64,000 nt of DNA from Chrysomallon squamiferum. Lineage: Eukaryota; Animalia; Mollusca. A program made the position numbers and the translations under genes. A model generated the notes under the pieces. The model ran no database searches. It saw only the letters and a list, made by a program, of their open reading frames with translations, and was not told the origin of the DNA. The DNA is taken from positions 27,466,001 through 27,530,000 of the forward strand of contig CM022671.1 in NCBI GenBank assembly GCA_012295275.1, read 5' to 3'. This document shows positions 40,029-52,954 of the stretch, in pieces (the stretch's first letter is position 1; every line of letters begins with the position of its first letter).

Positions 40029-40609
40029 GCACTCTCTGTGTTTGTGTGTCTACTAATAAACAAACTTGTTATAATAGACTTACCCGTTTTTCCAGAAATA
40101 ACTAAATTCACAAACGTCCTATGTTATAATTTGTAATCCACACACCACCGCAATATCTTGAAACGTTATGGTGTGTGCCATCCTAAACTAAATAACTCAT
40201 AACGTGATACATGATTAAGAACTGATTTCAGTTAAATCCAACATGCTACGTTATGAACTAGGGGGAATCCAGAATTGTATCTGAAGTATTGCGACTGAAT
40301 CTAGTGATTTGAAGGCGTTACTATTGACAAATATGCAGGTATACAGAGACATACGTAAATATGGGAATAATAGAAGAAAAAAAAAAAAAAAAAAAAAAAA
40401 CTTTCTTTCGCGAATCTACTTTACTATGACTAAAAATAAATCCTTTCATTGTCTTTGTGATCAGAGGCGGGGGTATGGGTGGTATCTAGACAATTCAACA
40501 CCCCTCTTAGTTCATCCTCTGCTATAAATAAACGTTCAAAAGACGCGATGTTGCTTTGATCATTTTTAAACGTGATCGTTTTTTTTTTACATTATTTTAA
40601 TTACTTAAC

Positions 40610-40810
40610 GACCACGCCACTGACGTCAGGCTGATTCATTGTGTTTTACCGTGTCAAACTGACGACGACATTACAAATAAATTATTGAGATTTGCGTCAC
40701 TCAGCCACGCACGTAGGGCGTCGTTGTATGGAACACTGTCTGCGACTACCAAACCGGAAATTATCTATTGATAATTTTTACTGACTGACATTCTGAAGTG
40801 CACGTGAAAC
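40610..40810. promoter_or_regulatory. Candidate enhancer or alternative promoter motif cluster
   Basis: CpG-rich island in AT-rich DNA with CRE TGACGTCA (40621), TGCGTCA (~40693), GCACGTA (reverse HRE-like), CCGGAA (ETS-like) and CACGTG (40801). Motif match only. Confidence 0.3.
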
Positions 40811-41075
40811 TCGACCCAGTGTCTCATACACGAGAGAGAGAGAGAGAGAAAAAAATTATAATAAAAAATTAAGTTAGAAATAATCATTAAATCTGACATG
40901 AGATCAAAAAAGAATTGTTATGTAACAACAATAGCAAAAAAAACCCTCCAACAATGATAATAATATCAACAATAACAACAAAAGCAGTGATAATAATAAT
41001 AACAATAACAATAACAATAACAACAACAACAACAACAAGAACCGTAACAACAACAGCAGCAGGGACAAGAACAGC

Positions 41076-41107
<32 letters not shown>

Positions 41108-43426
41108 TAAATAAATAAACAAATAAACAAAAAGGTCCCTTTCGTGGATTCAGATAACATTTCAGAGTACAATTAATCTGTGTATTTACATGCGGCGATG
41201 TTTTATCACGGTTTGGTTCACTGCATGTTTCAGCTAACGTGAGACACTATTATACCTGACAACGGATTGCCATCACGATAACAGCTAATACATTTTAACA
41301 CTTTACGCCCTGATAAACTTGTATTTAATCCACGTATTCAGCTGGACGTGTTCATTGTGCAGACTAATGCTGTGTTTTGACAAACCTCTATTGTCACCAA
41401 CACTTACGTACTGCAAATCTATGTGGAACACGAGTGCGTATGTTCAGCGAATTTCATCTTATATATATATATATATAATTTAGTTTCATATTGTGAGAGC
41501 AACGTTATAATAAAATGACAGATTGCGTTGAATACGTTTTACTGTTAAGAATTGACGACAGTATTTTTGAACTGCCAGACCATACAGTTGGTATAAGCGT
41601 AGAGAAAATATATCTGAGCTTTCACACCAATAGCGAGCATGCGAGCATGAGAGAGAGAGAGACAGAGAGAGAGATGTCCCAAACAAAAAACGTTTGAAAA
41701 CAAAGGCGTATAATTACCTCAGCTAGACGTTACTAACACAGAACTGATTCAGCTGAACTTTAATACCGCTCTGTTATTATTAACATAGATAGGAAAAAGC
41801 CAATTAGGATTATTAATATACAAGAAATATAGGATAATGGTGCAGAAAATGTATTTGTTTCATTAATAACATATGCTAACATAGATCAGGCGCCATTTAT
41901 AATTTCTGACCTTCCATATAGACTGATAATGAATATGGATGTGTATTATTTGCTCTGCGTTTTACCATTCGAAGAGAAATATATATAATTTGAAGTGTGT
42001 GAAGAAATATATATATAATTTACAGTCTGAAATCATACAGTGTATAATAGTATATAATTTTCCCAGCTTGTCACGAGACAGACCTATGTTCATTAGCTGA
42101 CATTTATCAGACGCAGAAACACGATTCAGAAAGCTCGACGTCTGAAGAGAAATTTGTTGATGGAAATGAAGAAACGGACACTCTATCATATTTCTGTTTG
42201 TAAGTTTTATAAATTAATACTGGTTCCGTAAAGTGTACGCTAATCCAGCCAAAGGAATCAATGAACGTTTGGCTATAACGCTTCACCGTTTGTTACTAAC
42301 AGTTATTTTGTGACTGGGTTTCATATACAACGTTGATATTAGAGGAGAAACCCACCAGCCAGATTGTTCGTGGGAACAGAAATAGCTACGCTGGCGCTCT
42401 AACGAATACTATTAATTCTGCGACCTATCACAACTCAGGTACTGATACATAGCTCGCTCATCGTAAAAACAGCTGATGAAAGGTATTCTGCTTTGGAAAA
42501 CATTTATTTTTTTCTTTGTGATGAAATTATTTTATCTTGAAATTGTGCCCGTCGTAATGATAGCATTTACATCTGAAGTCAAGGACCTGCTCCTATGAAT
42601 GAATATTTCCTTAATCATACTTCATCATATTTTTAATCTTCATCTACGATATATTCCGAGAGAGGGAAGCACACCCAAATGAAATGAACTTGTAATTTCA
42701 ATAAGTAGTAAGTATGGTAAATGATGATTTCTAAAAAATGGTAACTCGTAAGAGAACTACATTTTATATAACGGTCACGCAGTTCAAGGTCAAATGGAAA
42801 AAAAAAAAAAATCCCCTAAGAGGACTGACCCCCGTTAGCTGCAGCCGCTGACATTTAACAGTTTCAGTGACACAAAACAGCTTCAGCTTTAGTTGTAGTA
42901 ATTGTAGTATTTGTATCAGAAGTGAACCCGAAGCAATTTGCGAAGAAGAGGAAGGTAAAAAATAGACGACGAAGAAGAAGAGAAATTCCAGTCATTAGCA
43001 CAAACGTTGTGTAGATGGTCGTGGTGATGACGTACATTACATCGAGGAAACCAGTGCAAAATCAAGTCCCATTGATAACAAATTTATATGTCTTTTAACA
43101 GTTTCACTGCTGTTGGCAAAACTCTGTACTGGTGTACGTTTAGTTTGACTCGGATGTGGTTTACAGTTCCCGCTGAGTGAACGAGTGTCTCGGCAGCGAA
43201 ACAGCGCAGTGAACACGAGCAATTACGAGGAAATGAATCGAATAAACACACACATTAGTACTTCTGATTTCTGGGCCAATTTTCATCTTGTTACGTTAAC
43301 ACGGCGTTTCTGTGATATTCTGGAGAAAGTAAGTCACGGTAAAGTGCAAAGACAACAGAGTGGCGCTTTGTAAACATTGTGGTAAGAGTACTTTTACTAC
43401 TTTACGAGCAATTCTTGAGGACGTTC

Positions 43427-43459
<33 letters not shown>

Positions 43460-45051
43460 TTATTGAAAATACTTCAGCTGCTATGACAGTGGCTGCTGCT
43501 GCTACTAACATTACTGGTACCACCATCGATACAACCACCACGACCACCATAACCAACCACTATTACTACTACCACAATTACTAGTATTCTTACACTCACC
43601 AATATTACAACCATATCAACGAATACATTTTCTACTATTACCGATAAAATAACAACGTCCACTACGACATCACGGACATCATAACTGCTATTATTGTTTT
43701 TTTTTTTTTTACTGTCAATATAATAATAATAATAATAATATTAATAATAATAACAACAACAACAACAATAATAATAATAATAGCAATAACAACAACAACA
43801 ACAACAACAACAGTAATAATAATAATAATAATGATATAGTTTCAAGAACATGTCATATCACAAACTTTTTGCTGTATTTTTTAAAAAATATTCATTACCA
43901 CTTTTGAGTCAACAATCCAAAATTCAAGTTTGTATTATAAGAAAGAAAACAAAAATGTAATGCAAAAACAGATCAGCAAAGAAAGAAGAAGAAAAATAAA
44001 AGAAGCTAAATATTGTGGCAAGTTCTATTTACATGGGAATCATAGGCATGAAAAACCATTATACACCATGGGTAATACTTTTATAAAAAAAAAAAAAAAA
44101 AAAAATAAGGAAACACAAATTTTAATTAAATTGACATGTGTCATATACCTAAGATTGTGAACAAAAAAAAAAAAAGAATTTATATCTGCGTTGGCCTGCA
44201 AGGAGAATCGAACAAATCACCTACCAACTTCAAACCAGATAATTACTTTACAAATTAAACATCTATACATTAAAAAAACAAAAAATGTAATAAAGACTGA
44301 GGTGAAGTTCAAAAAATGTAGTTTATTAAAAAAATCTGTTTGTTAATCCTATACAATTTCGTATCAATCAACGTACTGATGTTGACATTTAACTCTTCTT
44401 CTTCATGCAATCAATACGTAGACTTCGCCTTGTTGCACTTATTAATTAAACAGTCCACTAACACAAACCGAGAAAAAAAAGAAAAAAATGTCCGTTTTAA
44501 GGACTGTAATTCAATATAGCATTTGAACGTATTTGACTGATTGATTCACTTTTGAAACAAAAGAGGCCGACTCGATCCAGATACGCTTACAGATATAAAT
44601 ATTTTATAACCCTGCTTGCTGACTTATATATAAACAGTAATTTACACGAATGCGTAATAAGGCAAGTAGACAAACACAGTGTGTCAAAGAACATACACAC
44701 ATACATACATACATACAGACATACATACACACTTAAACACACAAAACATATATACGTATATAATACACATACATATTCGTAGTTACATGCACATATAAGT
44801 TTATATACATACACGCAGACATAATAAGATACACACATGCATACACATATACATACATACGAACATACAAACATACACACAAACACACACATACACATAA
44901 ACAATACATAAAGACATACTTACACAAATCATACACTACATGCATGCATACATACATACTACTAACATATAAACACACACACACACATATATATTACACA
45001 CATACAAAAAAACATACATACATACAACACTCAATTTAAAATCATTCTTAC

Positions 45052-45470
45052 CTGATCAGGAGAGGCGAGACTCTCATAATCGCCTAATTGAAGTTTTGAA
45101 CTGGCGCACACTTGTAAAACTCAACAGTAGTTTTAAAACCACTTCACCAACAAACAAAAAAAAATAAAAAAAAAAAAATCAAAACATTATCTCCGGTAGT
45201 CAGATCATTACTACTTGCACAGATCACTCGAACGCAAGCAGTCTCAAATGACTCAATACACAAGTTAGAAATAACGATATACGCTGGTTGAAAAAAAGAA
45301 GCGAAAAGAAAAATATACACGAAAAAAACAACCCACGAAGCATCAAGAAGCACATCCGAGAAGAGGTTTAAATGTTAGTGCTTCCGCCAGACCACTCTCA
45401 GTCCATTAGAAAGAAATCCCATTGGATGCATCGAATCCCCGGAATCACCAATAACACTGCGGATAGGAGA
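45052..45470 (-). other. Candidate non-coding first exon (possibly of ABHD15)
   Basis: Strong minus-strand donor CAG|GTAAGA at 45052/45051, bordering a complex CpG-containing island. The left boundary is sharp; the right boundary is a guess. Confidence 0.3.
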
Positions 45471-45756
45471 GATCAATATAATTTAATGTTCTCTTTCTCT
45501 CTCTCTGGAATCTCCCTTGAAATGACGGCTAGTGTTGTACGTTATTAACGTTCTACCATCAAGCAACAACAGCGGTTGCTCATTTACAACGGTTTGTAGA
45601 GACGTGAGAAAAAAAAAAAAAAAAAAAAAAAAGTCAGAGAGATTTTCGTGAATATGCTGCTTGTCGTATTTAGTTTTAATAAAAGGTTGTTGGCTCTGTG
45701 TAGCGATATACTTTAACGTGAAACTGATTTTTCTTTTCTCAGACGAAATATGTGTG

Positions 45757-45868
<112 letters not shown>

Positions 45869-46280
45869 ATATCATATTATTTAATTTTATACAAAAAATA
45901 AATTACATACGGACCAAATGATAATAATAATTAATACAAATGGTTATCCAGTGATCTAGAAATGTTTGACGCTGTCTGGGTATTCAGTCAAATTTACAAA
46001 TCCATCCACGCGTAAAGTAGACAACATTGGTGCTAACAGACTTCAGAGAAATCAAACCGTATTACCTTTTTCTAAATCAAATACCAGCCAGGAGCAAATA
46101 TGGAATCAATTTTAACTACATTTAAATTAAGGTTTATAATTTATATTGGACCACTTTGGTGAGAATGTGCCCAAGAACGGCACAGTTTTATTAATTAGCT
46201 ATGGTGTCTTGTTACTAGTTTTGGATCGTATCAGCTCAGGATGAAAGGTATCGTAGAGTCAATTATTTTGAGCTGTTTGT

Positions 46281-46412
46281 CACTGGTGTAACAAATGCTG
46301 TGGTATGTACCATCCTGTCTTCTCTGAGTTGTACTTAACCGTAATATCAAGTACGATGTGTTATGTGACTATAAATAAAAGTGTTGAAGGCATCGTTAAA
46401 TTCTTTCCTTCC
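46281..46412 (+). mobile_element. Truncated MetaSINE-like retroposon relic
   Basis: ACTGGTGTAACAAATGCTGTGGTATGTACCATCCTGTCT and the tail TAAATAAAAGTGTTGAAGGCATCGTTAAA..TTTCCTTCC resemble, from memory, the Meta-domain SINEs abundant in gastropods. Not verified by search. Confidence 0.45.
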
Positions 46413-47819
46413 TGAAGCAACATCATGCTGAACTTCTAGTGAAAAAAAGAAATATTAAAATAATCTGTGTGACCCTTTACTGGTCTCTAGGGTTTCTAAA
46501 CGTATTCCATAACACACGATTCGTTAGTTTCATTTCAAGAGGACAACTCGGAGATACGTGATTCCACCTTAAAACAAACCCAACTCTTGATATTCTGACA
46601 GACATACGAATTTTAGTTACTGGTTCTATTTGTTGAGCTTTATTTTCCCTTTCTCTAAATTTGTACATGTGTCTCGTAGCTCTCGGATTCTTGAAATCTA
46701 TAGATATATATTTTTAAAATGGTTTTGTTATTCTGGTTGTGAAGACGTTTTTCTTATTAAATCTTCAGAAGCACAAGATAATTGTGTTTAACATTGACAC
46801 TTATAAATGAAATCAAATAGATTGACAACGACAGCTGCTCACTGTAAAATGCAGTTAGGGAATATTCCTCTGTTTATTTTAACACTGTTGTTCGTTATTT
46901 AATAGCATTTTGATTAAATGAAGAATGGGCTGTTTGCATTTCTCAGTCATCTCGTTCATCACTGTGAACGAAACTTATTACCCAGACACCCCAGTCTAGC
47001 AGCTGGATATACGGACTTCCGGTTTGTATTTTGAACAGTATAATGGTACTAAAATGTCCGTTTTGATTGCGGTTTATTAGATGGATGCTAAGCTGTTTGT
47101 TGGCTCGTCTCTGCCTCATTCGTCGTGTTTTTTTACATACCTTTGACTAAATGCACCCACCTACACAAACGATTATTATCACCATCATCGTCGTCGTTGT
47201 CACTTTTGTCAAAATAATCGTAATTATCATCGGCATCAACAGGTGTATGTGTGTGTGTGTGTGTGTCTGCGTGTATTTGTGTGTCTGTTTCTGTGTGAGT
47301 GCGCGTGTGCGTAAAACAGGTTTGCGAATATCAGTTAAATAAGTGAGAAATCGTTTATTTGCAGTTTTCAGGAATACGCCTACCATGGCTTTTGCCAACT
47401 CGTAATGGAAAATTACTACCGCCAAAAACTTGGACTCGAATCACAACCACGCGGTACAGTTTTTTTTCGTCACGTAGCGTGTAATGTGAGGAGACTTGAA
47501 AGAAAGTAATTTGTTTGTTTGGTGCACTGAGTAACACACCGATAAAGTTTCGCTGAAACCTAATTAACAATAGTTTCCTATTTACTACTGCACTGTTTTA
47601 TTACTGATTTGATTAAACAACAAAATTCATCTTATCAGCACTGGTTTTGTAATCTCATAAAACCGTACATGTTATTATTATTATTGTTGTTGTTATTGTT
47701 ATTGTTATTGTTATTATTATTAGTGTTATTGTTATTGTTATCATTATTATTATTAGTGTTATTGCTTTTGTTGTTATTGTTATTATTATTAGATCGTCTT
47801 CGTCATCATCATTACGTAA

Positions 47820-47861
<42 letters not shown>

Positions 47862-48039
47862 AATAAATAAATAATAAAATTAATAAATAAATCAATAAAA
47901 CTGACGATGATGACAACAACAACAACGACAACGACAAAATACCTATTACAGTTTGACTATCTTATAAGACTAATTTTTATAATTTCATTTTAAAATTCTT
48001 TTCTCTGTAGTACTTGTAATGAAGTCTCCATCCCGGAAC

Positions 48040-48170
48040 AAGATATTATTGCGAACGAACATAAATATGGCTATGACTGGACAAAGTATTACTGTGAGTG
48101 AACAAAATATGGTTATGATTGAACAAAGTATTATTGTAAGTGAATAAAATATGGTTGTTACGGGCAATAT
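48040..48170. repeat. 42-bp (2x21) degenerate tandem repeat, ~3 units
   Basis: AAAGTATTACTGTGAGTGAACAAAATATGGTTATGATTGAAC and variants. Confidence 0.7.
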
Positions 48171-48286
48171 GTGATTAATTAGCACCTTATTCTAATTAAA
48201 ACGTACCATCTGGCAATACTCTCAGACTACATGAAATTCAGATATCTTGCTTGAAAATCGGGAGTGAGAGACCATCCTGGTATGAG

Positions 48287-48496
<210 letters not shown>

Positions 48497-50118
48497 GTTT
48501 ATACAGAAACACAGGTGTAAAACCTGATAACTGGCAAACGTGTTTTTAATACCAAGAAAATGAAGAAAATGAGAAGAGTTCAGGTTTAATCAGATTCAGG
48601 ATTAAAAGGATTATTCACAGACGTCATGTGGAACATGAAATTTGAGACAGAATGAAAACGTGTTAATTATAATAATTGTACCAATGGTGGTTGTATAGTG
48701 TTGGTAATGGAATTAATAATAACAGTAATGGTAGCAGCAGCAGTAGTAGTAGCAGCAGCAGCAGCAGTAGTAATAGTAGTAGTAGTAACAATAATTGTAT
48801 TTAAAACTGTAAAGTAGAAGTAGTAGGTATTTGTGTGTGTGTGTGTGCGTACGTGTGTGTATGAGTATGTGTATGGCAATGAATGTAGTATTCATTTCTG
48901 TTCGAAATATCGAGAAAAAAAAACACCCATACGTCATGATATTAAAATTTATAATACAAACAATTAAAATATATTTCAAGCATGGTAATTTTCACAAAAT
49001 ACTTACATGAGAACGACACAAAAGGAGAATTTTTTTCTTCTAATTTATGATTGAATTCAACTTTCTTTCAAACGTCAAAAATTCACAAAAAGCAAACCCT
49101 ATATTTTAGATAAAATATTCATATGGAAATTTTATTAACATCGGTCTAAGTTATTACACCAGCTTGTTTAAACATTTTAATTGGATTTCATCAATAACTG
49201 CTGTCTAGATGTTAAATTATTTTAGCAATCGATTGGTATTATTAATCTGTTTATTTATTGATTTAAACGAAGAACTGTTTGCGAATATCATATACGTTTT
49301 TGTTATAAGTTATTTCAGTCAATGATAAGCTTTGTATACGTAATAATACAATACATCCTTTACACAAACAATCAATTTTTTACTAATTTTTTATTACATC
49401 ATGTATATAGTGTACAAAGATAATCATCCTTTTACAATCTTTTTCTGTGGTTCTCTGACGCAAAACCGATCATGTTTTTCATGGATAATCCATTTTGTTT
49501 TTTTAAATTAATCTTTGTTCATGTCATTTTTAAACGTAAGTTATTACGAAAATAACGAGGAATTAAAATGTATCCTATGAAGCCAGTTGAGTCTATAACT
49601 GTTTAAGATTATGTAAACAGGATAACTTTATGAGTACGAAAATTTGTTTTTGCAAGAAATGTTATCATACGATGTTAATAATGAGGAAGAGTTTTGTATT
49701 TTGTTCAATAAAAAATTAAATTAATATCAAACAACTGATTAACGCACAAAGCAGAAAATATAACGATGACATAAATATAGAACAGTAATTTAACCGCCCT
49801 TACACAAAACCCCATGTTTATATAACTAACATAGAATTGAATAAATATACTTAATTTCATACATTAGACTTTTTACAACGTAAATACATTTTTAATGTCT
49901 GTAAAAAAAAAACTTAAATGATCGTTAAAAGTCTATCAGGCAGAAAAAGATTAACATATTTAAAAACATTATGTATAAGGATTTTTCAAATGAGAAGGGA
50001 TTTTTCCCTTTCTTGCTTTCATTATAAAATTACTGAAAAAGATTTGTGTGTATGTGTGTGTGTATGTGTATATGTATGTATACATGTGATTTATTTGTGT
50101 GTTTATGTGAAACAACGG

Positions 50119-51364
50119 TCCTCGCTATATATATTTTTCGTATGGGTGGACCTGACATCTGACTCCTCACTATATAATGTTTGTGTGCACCTGACACCTG
50201 GCTCCTCACTATATAATGTTTGTGTTCATATTACACCTGACTCCTCACTATATAATGTTTGTGTGCACCTGACACCTGACTCCTCACTATATAATGTTTG
50301 TGTTCATATTACACCTGACTCCTCACTATATAATGTTTGTGTGCATCTGACACCTGGCTCCTCACTATATAATGTCTGTGTTCATATGACACCTGACTCC
50401 TCACTATATAATGTTTGTGTTCATATGACACCTGGCTCCTCACTATATAATGTTTGTGTTCATATGACACCTGGCTCCTCACTATATAATGTTTGTGTTC
50501 ATATTACACCTGACTCCTCACTATATAATGTTTGTGTGCACCTGGCTCCTCACTATATAATGTTTGTGTTCATATGAGACCTGACTCCTCACTATATAAT
50601 GTTTGTGTGCATCTGACACCTGACTCCTCACTATATAATGTTTGTGTGCATCTGACACCTGACTCCTTACTATATAATGTTTGTGTTCACCTGACACCTG
50701 ACTCCTCCCTATATAATGTTTGTGTTCAGATGACACCTGATTCCTCACTATATAATGTTTGTGTGCATATGACACCTGATTCCTCACTATATAATGTTTG
50801 TGTTCATATGACACCTGACTCCTCACTATATAATGTTTGTGTTCATATGACACCTGACTCCTCACTATATAATGTTTGTGTGCATATGACACCTGACTCC
50901 TCACTATATAATGTTTGTGTGCACCTGACACCTGACTCCTCACTATATAATGTTTGTGTGCACCTGACACCTGACTCCTCACTATATAATGTTTGTGTTC
51001 ATATGACACCTGACTCCTCACTATATAATGTTTGTGTTCACCTGACACCTGACTCCTCACTATATAATGTTTGTGTTCACCTGACACCTGACTCCTTACT
51101 ATATAATGTTTGTGTGCACCTGACACCTGACTCCTCACTATATAATGTTTGTGTTCATATGACACCTGACTCCTCACTATATAATGTTTGTGTTCACCTG
51201 ACACCTGACTCCTCACTATATAATGTTTGTGTTCACCTGACACCTGACTCCTTACTATATAATGTTTGTGTGCACCTGACACCTGACTCCTCACTATATA
51301 ATGTTTGTGTTCATATGACACCTGACTCCTCACTATATAATGTTTGTGTTCATATGACTCCTGA
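50119..51364. repeat. 39-bp minisatellite, ~31-32 highly similar copies
   Basis: Unit CCTGACTCCTCACTATATAATGTTTGTGTKCAYMTGACA. One 7-bp deletion near 50541 and a degenerate first unit at 50119-50160. Confidence 0.97.
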
Positions 51365-51680
51365 TTAGCGTGCTTCGCCAAGCGGCAGAGGCTTTATTTA
51401 AATTGTAAACCAGTTTATTTGATTTTAAATTTCCGTGTTCATTATACTGGTGTTAATTCAGTCATTAAAATAATTGATTTGTCGATACCGCTGTTGCTTA
51501 TGCATCATTAATGGGCATTTATCACATTACAAGATTTACATAAGTAACCTTGTATTTATATGTAAGTCTGTGTTGTGGTACATAATACATGCGTATATGA
51601 ATATGTATATATACACACACACACATACACATATATGCACACACATTTTATATATATATACATACACACATACATACATC

Positions 51681-51711
<31 letters not shown>

Positions 51712-51743
51712 CGCATATACACAAAGCCACACACACACACATA

Positions 51744-51831
<88 letters not shown>

Positions 51832-52357
51832 CACACACAGACACATACACACACATATACATACATATATATATACAAACACACACATACACAGAGGCAA
51901 ATCATATTACAGTGTATGTATGTCAGTATATAATTATACAATCATGTTAAAACCAACAAACGGAGACTGTGACACACTTAAATAATAAGGTGAAGAAAAT
52001 ATTGCGTGACGAGTACAAGCTACTAAAAACACTACATCAAGATCGCTGTATCATTAGCTTTAAGCTTCATTTTAATAATTAGTCCGCAGAGAGTAGTTTA
52101 TCCATAGCGTTTTTTTAGAAACACGAGCTCACTGTATTCAGTAGGTTTGCAAGCTTATTCAATTTCAAATAGATGTGTAGGAGATAAACCTATTAATGAA
52201 TAAATAAATAAACGAGTTAATATAAATGAGTTTAAATGAGTGTAGACAGAAATGAATGAATGAGCGATAAAAATTATAACCACAGCTGGATAGAGAAAAT
52301 ATCAAAGGTTATTAAACGTTAGGCATACGAAGCTTATATAATGATGATATAAGCGAA

Positions 52358-52505
52358 AAACGAATATTTCCTACATTAGGACAACTCTTTACAATTAGTA
52401 ACACCATTGGATATTTTAAGAGCTCCTTTGTGAAGATTATGAAAGCACATATCCTTGTCTTTTAGTAAACCAGTTTGGTTGTCCTAATGTAGGAAATATT
52501 CGTTT
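52358..52505. mobile_element. 148-bp fold-back / MITE-like element with perfect 28-bp inverted repeats
   Basis: AAACGAATATTTCCTACATTAGGACAAC (52358-52385) is the exact reverse complement of 52478-52505. No obvious TSD. Confidence 0.7.
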
Positions 52506-52886
52506 GGAGGACTGGGTGGAACGAGAAATTAACATGAATACTTTTTCCAGACATTGAAAAGTGTTACATAAAAGCATGCATTTATTAAATAACAGTCATA
52601 CGCCAAAACATTAATTTCTTTCTTCAGACGTGCAATGCAAACGTACTAAAATATTCATTATGATTTGTCAGAGGAATGCTAAGTTGTTTGTTTGTTTGTC
52701 CGTTCGTAATTTGTTGTGTTTTGAAATTTAAAAAATCTACGCAAAGATTATCATTATCGCCATCGTCGTTGTCGATATTGTCGCAGTTATCGCTGGCACA
52801 GTCTTACTCATCGTTGTTACTATATAGTTATATAATAATAATAATACTAAATAATTTAATTTAATTTGTTATTATTATTGTTGTTG

Positions 52887-52954
<68 letters not shown>

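Noticed and set aside
43296-43662. Thr/Ala-rich mucin-like ORFs
   Set aside because: These are mixed trinucleotide repeats (GCT/ACT/ACC) without splice signals or a credible start.
49918-51381. Long ORFs of 219, 278 and 286 aa as genes
   Set aside because: They are by-products of a 39-bp stop-free unit. They are frameshifted mid-array and lack convincing starts or splice context. Kept only as a low-level finding.
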